NCBI GenBank assembly: GCA_002189035.1
Contig: CM007990.1
Span: forward strand, 3,782,001-3,846,000
Length of the DNA stretch: 64,000 nt
DNA from: Utricularia gibba
Taxonomy: Eukaryota; Plantae; Magnoliophyta
Reading direction: 5' to 3'
Shown: positions 40,102 through 52,899 of the stretch, piece by piece
How positions within the stretch are numbered: position 1 is the stretch's first letter
Layout: each line of letters starts with the position of its first letter
Position numbers and translations under genes: made by a program
Notes under the pieces: model-generated
Database searches by the model: none
What the model saw: only the letters and a program-made list of their open reading frames with translations
What the model was told of the DNA's origin: nothing

Positions 40102-42477
40102 TCACAAGGGGATGTGCGAAATCCATCTTTTGAACATAACATAGCATTCCTTGGGCTTGTACCTCGGAGCTACGTGCCCCGCCGCCTAAAAACATGTCAA
40201 TGTCGAATGATGTTATTACTGCAAGGCTACTACAACACACATGAGAGACAGGTTGGGAGTACTTGCCAAAACAGTGGCGTAAGTCATCTTGTTCTCGAAA
40301 CTTCTTGTGTATCTGCATCATGTATTTCAATAAAACAACCAAACGCTTGTCTCCGAAAAAGAAATCCAGAAAATTTATGATTACCCGCTGACAAATTCAT
40401 CCACGAACCATGGTCTCCATTCGTCCACCACAGGAGAGTTGAGGGACCTTATCCATGCCAGGGTCGACAATGTGGGCACGTCAAGGTCAAAGTTACCACT
40501 GAAAGCACAAGCAATACAGCAAAAGTGTTAATGGAGCCTCGTTAAGTGATTACTGGTTTCTTGTCAATAAAGTGAAGCGCAAAACTTTGATTGTTGCCTG
40601 TAAATGAGAGAGCGGTAGCCTCTGGAAGTCAGATTCTTGTGAAAGGGGATCATGCTCGGATATTCGGAAGTGCGGTTGTTATGGTTGCAATATAACCATT
40701 CTTCTGTAGTCCCCTGCATCATCATCAACACACATTATTATTTTTCTGTTGTTGCTTTGCGTCTCAAGCACAGCAAAAGGCGTTGTGTTGTTTTACCTTA
40801 GTGATGTGAAGGGATTCTTGGACGCTGGGATCATTAGCCCAAGGATTGCATAATGTGCAAACGTCAGGCTGAGAAATCAACACAGATTAATGAGCACTAA
40901 GAAATGGAAACACTAGAAAGTTTGTGGACGTTACACGGCAATGAATCTCCGGGTCCTCTTCGTTTCGATACACCTGAATCATATCCCGCCTTTTCCCAGA
41001 ATCTAGCGAACATGTTGGCTTAAAAGCATTGTATATATTCAAGAGATCCACCAGCTGCTCTTCACAAGCACAATTTGCATCAATCACAATTCGACAGAGG
41101 GAAAGGAGGAACTGGGACTTCGATATCTTGCCTCGTGGAAAGTATCAACATCTTTAGAACATGGCTTGTTGTTCGCATCTATCGAGTAATTCCCCTTGCA
41201 GTTTCGCTCCAAGGACTGAAAGAAAAGGATAGTTGGCGTTGGCATTACATTTTAAATGAAGCAAAATTTCACTTTAACCTCGTAGAGATCAGGAGGGATG
41301 AGTCCCATCCCGTATGCAGCCGGTATCCTGTAGTTTTTATGGTCATGAGATGTGACTGGATTTCCCAAGATGTACCCCTGTTTCCAAAGTGTTGAATTCT
41401 TGAAAAAATTTAAAGGTAACTAAAGATAAAACATCAGAATGACAGACTTTAAGGTTAATCTTGGGCGTGATTCCGAGTTCATTCCCTGCATCACAAGAAC
41501 AAGGCAAGAGTCAGTTGAAAAGTCCAGATGAAATAGGCCTGTTTTCGTTTGTTTGCACCATCAGCTATCAGCCTGGTGATAATAGGTACTGTGGTGCCGC
41601 TGAAGGAGTCTCCGGCGACGTAAAACGGACTCGATCCGAACTCTGAATGATCGTCAAACCACTGTAGACGGACCAGAAGTCGCAACTCAAAAAACGGATT
41701 TAGAACAGAACATTTGGATATGATGGATCAAAGCAAACAAATAAACCTTCTGAAGGAACGCGTAAGCTTGTTCACATGAATGAATGTGTGTTGTGTAGGT
41801 AGCCTCCTCTGTCTTCCCATAGGAAAATCCAGTTCCCACAGGGGAATCCACGAACAACATGTTTGCATCCTGCAAAGAAATACACAAATCCGAATCTTGA
41901 TATTCCGAGAGAAGAGCAGCATCATCAGCAGAAACAATTACGAACCTGGGTCCATGAATATGGATTCACGGTCAGCCTAGGCAAGCCCCCTTGGGCTGTA
42001 GCCGACAGATCAAAAGTCAAAGGCCCTGCAATGTAACTCCTTCCTCTCTCTTAGTACGCTAAATGGAACACAAAAACAATGGTGAAGACTAAAGAGAAGA
42101 AACCGAACCATGTTCATAGAAAAGAGCAGCAAGAACCGAGCACCCTGACCCTCCAGTAAACCAAAGAAGTAGAGGGTCTTTCTCAGGCTCCGGCCCCGAT
42201 GACTTGACAAAGTAGTAAAATAACTGCACATTTTCTGCTTCATCAACACCTATGTACCTACCAGAACAGTCCAGAGGAATTCTCATAAGGCAACGAACAG
42301 AACAGATCCTTCATGAGAAAACAGGGAGTTTTCAATCTACCCTGTTTCGAGATGAAATGGAAGAAGACCATCAAAGCCAGGGAGATGTGTTATATGAAAG
42401 CCCCCATCACCAAAAACACTCCCATCAAGCAGGAGGAGGAGGAGCAGAGCAACCGACAGCTGTGCAGCGATGCTCAT
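40102..42477 (-). CDS. SCPL clade IA acyltransferase-type protein, copy 7; intact 14-exon gene
   Basis: [17 protein letters not shown]..., WFTGGSGCS (P to S in the GGPGCS motif), [27 protein letters not shown]...WISHIPL*. All exons are in frame. Confidence 0.9.
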
Positions 42478-45400
42478 CTTCAATACCCGACATAAAATTC
42501 TCCTTAGCTTTCAAAATTGCATGATAACCTATAGTTCTATAATTAAGCTGAATAAGTGGATGCCCTTTACACACGTTGCCTTCTGCTCTACTCATACTAA
42601 TGAGTCCTCGCTATCTGTTAGTTATGAGTATTATTTGTAACTAAAATTATTGTTTAATTGATTGAACTCATTTTTCAATTTGTTTATGGGTTAAGTCGGA
42701 CCTAATTCCATGTTAAACCTATGATTTTAAAACATTAATGCCATCTTTGAAAGTTGTGCCTTTAAATTAAGGATTGAATTGGACAAAATATGATAATGCG
42801 GTCTACTTTCGAAGCAAAAGAGCCAGTTTTTAGCATTTTGGGTAACAAAGTGGCATGAACTGTGCATCAAAAGACAACACGAGTAATGTTAAGCAACTCC
42901 TATGGTAAGAGTACCAAGTGGCATGAATGAATCCTAAGGACAATAAAAAATCAACCTTCTTCAAGCATGTGTTACCCTGCTTGATCGAAATTGCTTGGGG
43001 CATATGTATCGCATATATATCATAAAGAAGACCTTTGACTTAGCACTCATGGGATAAGATGCCGGATGAAGATACACAACTACCACTCAATGAGATAGCG
43101 CCTGACAACTTGAGCATCACGACTGTCAAGTTGCCAAATATTAGTCTGAAAACCTCCTCACGCACATGGCCCTTGCCAGAAACACATCAAGGTTGGGAGT
43201 CCGACGAGCAGCACCCTAGAGTTCGATAAACATGCAAGAAATATGATGAACGATTTTATTGTTTCAAATTCCTTCAAATTAGAAGGGTAAGAGATAAAGC
43301 TTCACTTACTCATCATCAAAAACCACAATTAATGGTGTGTAACTCATGAGCCTTACCTAGATGAGATTGTAGAAATATCATAACTTCTAACAATAGAAAT
43401 ATGTAAAAGTCGAAAAAAATTCACAATAAAATAAGCATTAGTTACAAATATGAAATGTAAATTCTATCAAATAAAAAAATGTTTAGTTACAAACAATCGT
43501 TACAAAATTTCAATTAAGTCAAGCTAATGTCCATTCCCTTAATGAGATTGAGAGGAAGAAAAAAAGGAATAGTAGTTTCACTCATTAAAATGGGAGATAA
43601 TTGGCATAATACTCCAGTTTTTAAAATACTGTAACGTTTTCTTTGCTTTACAAAGTACCTTAATTTTTAAAAGTAATATTTTAAATACCTTAACTTTATA
43701 TCTTTTAATTTATTTTGCAAAGTGCCCTAACAAGCATGGTTGAGTATTAAAATGTATATGGTTAGCATTAGAATTAAGACTCGATAGAGGGTTTCAGATT
43801 AAGGAAAATGTGAGGTCGAGTGATTCAAGCATCATTCTTTTCTACATTTCACCAGGCGTTGTTGAGAGTTGAATGAGATTGGGAAAACTGCGGAAGACAA
43901 AGGTGTAAAAAATGATTGTAAGAAGTGTAGGAAGAGATATTTATAGGTGTTCAATTTGAGAAATGATTAAAGGTTCTTGTAATTTCATTTCTTCATATTA
44001 TGCTTGGTAACTTATTAATAAAAATGTAAGTAAAGGTAAATTATAAAAAAGATGAATAAATAAAATAACTTATTATGAAAAATATTAACAAAGGTAAATC
44101 ATAAATAAGGTAATGAACAATGAGCATGTGTTCCACTTAATGCACACTCTTACCTAGTTACAATCATTTTATCACACCCTTGAACATCTGCCAACATGCA
44201 CATCTCCCACCATTTTATCAAGATTTGACCATTATTGGATTATAATTTACGATCTTTTTTTATTCTGACATTTTATTTTTTGTAAAGAAAATATTAAAAT
44301 ATTTTTTTCACAAAAAAAATAAAAGATCGGTTCAATCATAATTTGTACTAGGTAAAAGATGAATTATTCATGCAAACCAATAATTGTGATGACCATTTAA
44401 ATCACTATCCAAAATGGGTGGAGAGAAAAAAATAATGCCGCAGTCCGACTTTTTCTCATGAATTTGGTAAGATGGAGTAAACCCTTAATGGGTCGGGCCT
44501 TCCATTTCAAAGTCCGGCCCATTCCCTCATAATTTGTTAACTTCTCCCTTTATGCCTTCCAAGCTTGTGGACATATCCCCAGGGAGAGTTGTGGCTGCTG
44601 TGATATATATGTTGGATTAAATTGTTTGTTTATCTATGTGGTAAAGCTAATGAACATAAAAATAAGGAATACAGGATGTGTTTACCCAAACACAATCAAA
44701 TCAAGTCAAACCACCGGCCTAGATTCCTATTCAAAGAAAATTTATTATTATTTTCTCAATATATCAGTGTATCTCAATAAATACAGATCCATACAATTTT
44801 CATAAGTAATATGAACAATTGATAATATACTAACATTTTCTAGAGATAACAATCAATGGAAGTTAAATAATTCACTTTACTGTCTAACCATAAAATAAGA
44901 GATTATCATCTCAAAGTTATTGTGTCCAACATTCTGCCACTGGAAGATTCACAAGTTGCTTTATTATTGAAACTTTTCTTATCTTCAAATCTCATCCACG
45001 CATTTCTTCATGGGGTAGGCTTATACTTGGGTTAATGATTTTATTGCAATCCAATATCAATACAATCATCCCTACCCCAACAGTGGCACACACAAGTAAT
45101 CGTTACCGTAATCAACAAACAACATCGGATGATCAACCACTAACCACGTCTCTTGTATCGGATGTGTCACGCGGATCAATGGCGCAAATCTGCTTGTTGA
45201 AGATGCAGTGAGCTCAGCTACGATATTCAGTGAAGGAGATTGAGCTCAGTAGCAGAGACAGCCATTCTCAATCACCTCTAAAACTTAATTCATTTTTAGT
45301 TCAGCTCAATATTTTGTCATGCATTACTGTGTTTGCGCTTTTGTAGATGAACAGGATGTGATGGGCACCGAAGAAGTAGGAGAAGGTGGTTTTCGGGCAT

Positions 45401-46965
45401 CTAAGTCGTGTCCGGGTGGTGGTACAACGGAGTTGATGGGCTCTACGGCCGGATAATGAATGCTTGCATGGAAAGGATAGCAGTACAAGTAGTCGACTGC
45501 CGGGATATATCGAACGTGGCAAACCCTGATCTCAGACTTATCATCTTGATTCTACACATAAAAAAGGTCCTCCACTCAGTCTGGTTCCTGTGCAGGTCGA
45601 CAAAACCACTCATCCGAGTGCACATACTTGAGGTGAGGCCCCATCCACCACAGCCCTCGGGCCCAAGTCTAAGGCTGGCCTAATCTGTGCCACGTGTATG
45701 GATGGCTGACATGGTGTGTGAATGACATCAGCATGACGCATGAAAAAATACTTATGATTCATGAAACTAAACAAAATAAACTAAGGGCATGTTTGGTTGT
45801 AATGTTTACACCGGTTTTCATATGGGTTTAGCAACAAATCACATTGGCACTTGGGTTATTGGCAAGTAAACATAAGCACACTTATCGTCTATTCATTTGG
45901 TTGGAATCCATATTAGTAGGTTTACATAAACTGAAAGAAGGGAGTATCCTTTTATGTAAACGCATCTCATATCTTCCCATTTTGACCCTTAGCCCCAATA
46001 TTTTTGGGTCTCAAATTCAGGTAATTGAGATCCACGTTTTGACTGTTCGACAACATAGCAAAGTATTCAATCGGTGTCCCACCCATTTGGAGACATCAAA
46101 ATCGAAGGTTAGTAGCCGAGATGAATGAATAATTTCATTAATAATGCAAACATATTCATTTTTTATTTTCTGATTGTTTGCTTTGTTCTTGATATATGTA
46201 GGCATAAGCATGTAGTCTCTCATGCATTAATTATTATATGTGATGAATTAATTCTAGGAACCCAAATTTTTTTGGATCGATTCAATTGATGAGAATGCTC
46301 AGGTATTGCTATTGGCATATTTGTTGCAAAGGAATTTTGAAATTGCTCACATTATTGTGCTTATTATGTTGCTTCGACTACGTTCTCATGGTTCAAGACA
46401 TCAATGCCAATACTCATATACATCGAAAATGCCAAGACAAATTGAACATCTCCATGAATTAGTTAGCAACATGAACAACACAACTTTGAAGGAACTGAGG
46501 ATGAATCAGGATGTCTTTGGACGATTGTGTGTTGTCTACTTCGTGATTATGCAAGGCTTCGTGACTCAAAGTATATAACTATCAATGAGAAAGTTTGTAT
46601 TTTTTTAGGTATTTTAGCCCATCATAAGAAGATGCGAGTTCAAAAGTCATGTTTCAAAAGATCTACTTGGACAATTAGTTGTCACTTCAATGATGTTCTT
46701 GCAACTGTTTTATTCCTGCATGATAAGCTGTTAGTTAAGAGTGAACCTATTACTACTACCAATGCCACATCAAGGTTTTGTTTCTTTGAGGTAGTATTTC
46801 ATTTTTGGTTATGCATTATTTATCTTAATTACTACTAATTGTTGAATGTTTGTAATATGTATAGAATTGTGTAGGTGTTTTAAATGGGTCCTATATTGAG
46901 GTGTGGGTGCCTGATTGTGATAAGTCAAAATACCGAACCTGAAAAGGTACAATAGCCTTCAATGT

Positions 46966-49900
46966 TGATAAACGGAAATTTTAGCATATCGTTGCAAATA
47001 AACCAAATCTCCGTATCAAATAAATTTATAAGCCCTAATCTACACAAAATACAAATTTAGAAAACTTGTATAGTGGATGTCAGGGTCGATCACGAAGAGC
47101 TTGTGCTTGCTAAGTGTTTTAGTAAATGCATAATTTGGGCTAACAGTGAATCTTAGTCTAAGCTCAAACTAATAGGGGTAAACAAGTTCAGTAAACAAGG
47201 TAGGTAAGCAATATCAGGTCTCAACGCTAAAAGTGACAGGTACTGGTTCTAACTTAGAATAATATGAAGATGCCTTAAGGATTTGTAGGTGGTATTATAC
47301 TAAGATTCCTAACTTAATTTACCATCTTACTACACTCACAACTTCAAATAACCTAAATCTATCCAAGTCATTCATCATATTTTTGGCTAAGCTAGTCCCC
47401 AATATCATAACCAACATTGTAATTAGGTCTACCCACATGCAAAGCACATAGAACTAGGTCTACCCGGTTCTACTGGTTCTACTCTGGACTAACATTGACT
47501 GCTCCCGTCTTGATTTGTTGATCTACCTCTAAACCAAGCATCTAAATTGTGAAACTACTTGTGTCCCTCCTTAGGTCTACCCATGGTTTGTTAGAAACAA
47601 GAGTTAAGGAACACACATAAATTTCATTATCAACCCTAAGCACACACCACCTCACTTCACCTTAAGGCATCCCTAAAGCTTTAGCTACTCATACATGGAA
47701 AATAAAACACAATTTCATTCAGATAATATGGCAAAAATGACATAAACATTTTAGCAAGTCAGGTACAAAAAAAAAACTAGAAATGTTCAGAAAACGAAAG
47801 CAAATAAAGATTGTTCTTTCGCCCGGTTGCTACTGTTCACACCCCAGAACAATAGCGCTGGACTGGGCTCCGGTGTTGCTCTTGATGATGAGGGCCATCT
47901 TCCCCTCTTCTGGTTGATGTTTTTCGCATTGGGGAAGAAGCCCCCTTGCATGTGTTCTCTCCTCCGTCTACTGTTCACTGTTCTTCCCGCTCTCTCTCCT
48001 TTTCGAAATAAATTATCTCCTCTCCTTCACTCCATCGCATTGTTCCTGACTGCCAGCACTATTCCCGGCCGCCAGCACTGTTCCCGGCCTGAACTTGCAG
48101 ACTGTAGGTGGCGGCAGAACAGTGCTCTTTGTCCTTCTCCGGATTTTGCCCCCTCTTTCACTTGTTCCACACGTTTGCAAGTCTGATTTTCTATTGATTT
48201 CCCTGCTGAACTTACTGAAACATTAGCAACAAAAGTTGTGGACTAAATCAAAGGATTTAGTCCTTTTTTCGACATAATCACATAAGATTAACATAAACAC
48301 CACTTAAACATGAAAAATCACATTTATCTAACCCTAACCATAATAAAATATAACTATTTTGTATTATGAAATTCAGGAAAAATGTGTGTCATCACACTAT
48401 GCTACAACGACACGAGACTTGTCCCCAAGTCCTAGCTAACAAAAAACTAACTTCGTCAGCGCCAATGGTAAACATAAACAACTTTGATAAAATTCGAATG
48501 CATGAGCTATAGGAGTGCTGGTGTGCATGTTATGTTATCACTCAAATGTGCATGAATGGATTCCTCTTGGGGGGTGTTTTCAAAGATTGATTCCTCAAGT
48601 TGATTCGTTCAAAACCACTTAGGACTATGGTTGCCAACTCTTTTCTCCCTTTTTTTTTCTTTTTTTTCGATAGTGAAGGGCAGCTTGTTCTAGACTGATC
48701 CGGGTATAATGTTGTGGCCTTTCTTGTGAAAGAGTGTTTTCCAAGCACTCACACCTTATAACCCCAGACCTCCTTCTACTCCTCCGGATCAATGCATCCA
48801 TTCTTACCCATTCACCACTTATTGAGTCCGCACATGCTTTTTTATTATGTGATGCTTTTTAGGACTTTGATCTCAACATTTTTTTAAGGCTGCTTTTCTT
48901 CTCTTTTTTTTTCTTTTTTTAGATGGCAACCTGTCCCAAGATGATTATGAAGTTTAGCAACTCAATTTAAGCTAATCTAGATCACACTCTCTAGGTTCCT
49001 CTATTCATGCGCATGCTCTCACAAGATAGAAGGTAAAAACATGCTCCCAAGTATATAAAAGGCATAGAAAGCTCATAATTATACCTTCATTTTCCTTTTC
49101 TGTTGTGCTTCCGAACGATTGCTCCTCTGGTTCCTCAATTTCCTTGTTCTGATTTTCTTCGTTTTCGCCCTCATTTCTGTCCATTAAGGCTTCTTCTTCA
49201 GCAACTTGTTCTTCCTCTAGTTCCTCCACTTCATCTCTCGGTTTTTCAGTATTTGTCTCTAGAACAAGTGCTGCTGGTTCCTCGGGCGTTACATCCTCTT
49301 CTTCCCGAGCAGGTTCATCTAGTGATGTTCTCTGCTTTTTCTTCCTATCCTTCCCCTTCTTCTTCTTAGTTAAGACTTGTAGTTCTGAGGGTGGTTCCTC
49401 CACTGGTGTTTTTCTCTTGTAGCTTTTCTGCATGTCTCTCAATCTTTGTTGGAGGCTGAGATTGTCCAAGTTGTTGTTGTCAGAGGGTTCTCCCATTTCA
49501 GCCGCCTGAAGGATCATGTCTACTCCTTGGAAATTTTCCATGGCAGCAACAGTAGGCAAATCTCCTTCTTCTAGGGTTGGAGCAGCATTGATTTTTGCTT
49601 CTGCGGCTCCATCACCTTCCTTTGGTTGCTCCATTTGCATTCTTTTCCGGCTGGGTCTCTCTTTTGCGGCTTTTCTTCCACTTCTTGTTGCAGGCATGTT
49701 GTTTCTACCGCTGTAATTTTTCAGCAAAATTCACAGAAGAAAAAGTTGAAGTGTGGAACAAAGAAACTGCTCCTCCAATTCATTTCAAGCACCAGGGGGT
49801 CCTTCCGTCATTTCCTTTGGTTCGACTTCCCACTTCCCTCAACGGTTGAATTTTTGATGTAACTCCTCATGCTTAATTTCCCTTGAGTTAAGCATCCATC

Positions 49901-51872
49901 CTTGCCCAGCAGCACAAAACATGGCAAAAATCCTAAAAGAAAACATTAAAACAGAAATAAAATACATAAATTAAAAGAGTTAACCATGGGTTGCCTCCCA
50001 TAAGCGCCCTTGTTTAAACTCTTGGGCCCAACTTCTTGCATGGCTACGTTTTTTGTGCATCCATCAGCTTAATCATCTCCACATTCCATGTAAACATGTT
50101 AGCATTTTCATAAAAAATTTTCTAGAGATGCCCATTTACGAAAAATGCCTTGTTTGAGTCTCCATCAAATATCTCCACAGCACCATTTGGAAAAATTTCC
50201 TTCACAATAAAAGGCTCTATCCATCTTGATTTCAGCTTCCCAGGATGCAATTTCAACCTAGATTGAAATAATAAAACTTTCTGGCCAATCTCAAAATTTC
50301 TCCTGGAAATGTGCGTGTCGTGATAACTCTTAGTCCGAGCCTTGAATAGTTTTGAGCTCTCGTACGCGTCATTTCTCAACTCCTCCAATTCTGAAAGCTG
50401 GAGCTTTCTGTGACTTGAACTAAGGTTCCTATCCAAATTCAACTTCTTCATAGCCCACCAGGCCTTGTGCTCAAGAACTGCTGATAATCTACAAGGCTTC
50501 CCATAGACCAACCGAAATGGTGAGATCCTAATGGGAGTCTTGTATGCTGTTCGTATAGCCCAAAGTGCATCTTTCAACCTCATGCTCCAATCCTTTCTGC
50601 TTGGGTTCACAACTTTCTCCCGAATTTGTTTGATTTCCCTTTTAGAGACTTCAGTTTGTCCATTGGTTTTTGGGTGGTACGCTGTAGAAGGCTTGTACCA
50701 AATGTTGAAATGCCTCAAAACACTCCTTAAGGCTTGATTGTAAAAATGTGTTCCCCTATCATTGATCAGTGCTTTAGGAGTTCCATATCTCTTGAAGATG
50801 TTGTTGCGCAAGAAATTGATCACAGTCTTTCCATCATCAGACCATGTAGAGATTGCCTCAATCCATTTGGACACATAATCAACCGCAAACAAAATGTAAT
50901 TGTAACATGCTGAAGTAGGAAATGGTCCAATAAAATCTATACCTCATACATCAAATAATTCACATACCAGAATTCCTTGCTGGGGCATTTCGTTTCTGTT
51001 TGACAAATTTCCTACGCTTTGGCACGGTTCACAACCTTTGCAATAAGCGTAGCAATCTCTGAAAAAATGTGGCCAATAAAATCCACAATCTAGAATTTTT
51101 CTTGCTGTTCTATTTGGTTCATGATGGCCACCAAAAGGTTCTGCATGACAAGAATCAATTATTTTTGGAATTTCATTTTCATGAACACACCTTCGAATGA
51201 TGTCATCGTTGTATCTCCTCCATAAATATGGATCATCCCATATGTAGTATTTGGCATCACTCTTTAGCTTGTGTCCTCGCATGATAGTCCATTCTAGGTG
51301 GCATCACCCTTGTTGAAACAAAGTTTGCAAGATCAACAAACCACGGTTCACGTATACAAAGTTTCAGTGATGATTCCATCTTCTTCACTTCCTTCAATTC
51401 TGCTGAGGTGATCAGCCATAAGGTTCTCCCTTCCAGGCCGGTCCTTTATCTCAACATCAAACTCCTGGACGAGAAGGACTCATCTAATAAGTCTCGGTTT
51501 GGAGTCCTTCTTTTCCATTAAGTGCTTCACCGCCGAATGATTAGCGTATACCATCACTTTGCTACCTAAAAGATAAAAATGAAAATTTTCCAAAGTAAAA
51601 ATAACAGCAAGAAATTCTCTTTAAGTGATGGTATAGTTTTTCTGGGCCTCATCCAAGGTTTTCGAGGCATAAGAGATAACATGGTGCTTTCCTTTAATTT
51701 TCTGTCCCAAAACACCACCCACAGCATGATTACTTGCATCACACATGATCTCAAAATCATATTTCCAATCAGGTGGTTGCATTACAGGTGCATTAGTAAC
51801 AACCTTTTTTAAAGAATTAAAAGCATGCTTATATGAATCATCAAAATCAAAGGCTTGGGCTTTATTACACAA
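46966..51872 (-). mobile_element. Athila-like Ty3/gypsy retrotransposon, 5'-truncated
   Basis: RNase H (EIMCDASNHAVGGVLGQK, ~51300-51872), integrase (HAEPFGGHH; AVDYVSKWIEA...ETNGQTEVS, 50122-51282), an ORF2 (49005-49727) and a 3' LTR at 46966-48394 (TG..CA). There is no 5' LTR, gag or RT. Confidence 0.9.
49005..49727 (-). CDS. ORF2 (env-like position) of the Athila-like element, acidic/lysine-rich
   Basis: A 240-aa ORF lying between integrase and the 3' LTR (MPATRSGRKAAKE..., E-rich, KKKKGKDRKKKQR). The assignment is by position only. Confidence 0.55.
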   Translation of the reverse strand: MLKNYSGRNNMPATRSGRKAAKERPSRKRMQMEQPKEGDGAAEAKINAAPTLEEGDLPTVAAMENFQGVDMILQAAEMGEPSDNNNLDNLSLQQRLRDMQKSYKRKTPVEEPPSELQVLTKKKKGKDRKKKQRTSLDEPAREEEDVTPEEPAALVLETNTEKPRDEVEELEEEQVAEEEALMDRNEGENEENQNKEIEEPEEQSFGSTTEKENEGIIMSFLCLLYTWEHVFTFYLVRACA

Positions 51873-52485
51873 TTTCCAAGGTCAGTGTTCTATTATCCAG
51901 TTCAAACACGAAGTCACATTATTCTTGCTTGTGCTTTATTACACAATTTCGTAAGAATGAATATAGCATATGATCCGTTGGAAGCCGAAGTGTCAGATAA
52001 TTTTATTGAATCTATTGAACAGTGGGTTGCTGAGTTCATAAAAACTGTTGAAACCAGTCCACGGTGGTGTACATGGCGTGATGAGCTTGCAACAATTTTG
52101 TGGAATGAGTATATGAATAGATAGGTATTCGTTTTTTGTGTTTCTATTGACAATCATACCCAAGATTGAACCTTTGTTATTTCTAAACATGCAAGAGCAT
52201 GTCATTGCAAAGTGAACTTAAGATTGATATCAGCATTTTTATGAATCATATTTATTTCTAAGCATGCGAGAACATGTCAGATGCAACAATTAAAAAAATA
52301 CATTTTCATAATAACACATATTTAAAAAAATCATATTTTATCACATATAAGCACTCGAAGGAGTCCTCAATAACACAGCATAAGAGCATATCCAATTTTT
52401 AGAATATTTCAATTTTTTAAAATATTTTTAGAAAAATCTTCATTAATAACTATGATTTTTAAAAACACTCATTGAAATATTTACT

Positions 52486-52607
52486 ATTTTTTCACTTTTT
52501 GAATAGGTATACCTTTTTAACTCAATAATATATAAGAATTATTTTAATAACATATTCTTAAATATTATTCAGTTAAAAAGGTATACCTATTCAAAAAGTG
52601 AAAAAAT
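52486..52607. repeat. Perfect 37-bp inverted repeat with a 48-nt spacer
   Basis: 52486-52522 (ATTTTTTCACTTTTTGAATAGGTATACCTTTTTAACT) is the exact reverse complement of 52571-52607. Confidence 0.92.
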
Positions 52608-52899
52608 TGCTATTATTGTGTCAAAATCCCAGTTGTTTAATCTCATTTATTCTTCGAGTGATGTTATGCTGCAAGTGTGGTATATTTTTATGAATTTTCA
52701 TGTGAACCTATTATTATGTTCTAGTTTTAGGAGTCAAGGTGTTTGTAAACTGGAGAAGACGAAAAGATAATGGATGATACACTACTTGAACCAGAAGAAG
52801 TTGTTATCCACATTGACAGCTCTTTGTAAATGACCAAAGGAGCTCAAAACTATGATCTTTCTGCCTTAATGCCTGTGGTGCATGTAAGAAGTCGGATGA

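Larger units (their letters stand above)
46306..52124 (+). pseudogene. Harbinger DDE transposase of element 1, split by the Athila-like insertion
   Basis: N-part (46306-46965): LRMNQDVFGRLC..LRD...EKVCIFLGILAHH...TISCHF..VL; NCVGVLNGSYI. C-part (~51876-52124): IILACALLHNFVR...WRDELA..LWNEY. The central catalytic segment is missing. Confidence 0.85.

Noticed and set aside
1886-42477. Biosynthetic gene cluster (FabZ plus SCPL acyltransferases)
   Set aside because: FabZ is a decayed fragment and I saw no other pathway enzyme class (P450, UGT, synthase); this is a single-family tandem array.
44610-45760. Possible short copia LTR (TGTTGG..CCAACA, 44610-44931), an AFLHG RT-like scrap and an LTR-like segment
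   Set aside because: There is no TSD and the fragments are too short and degenerate to delimit reliably.
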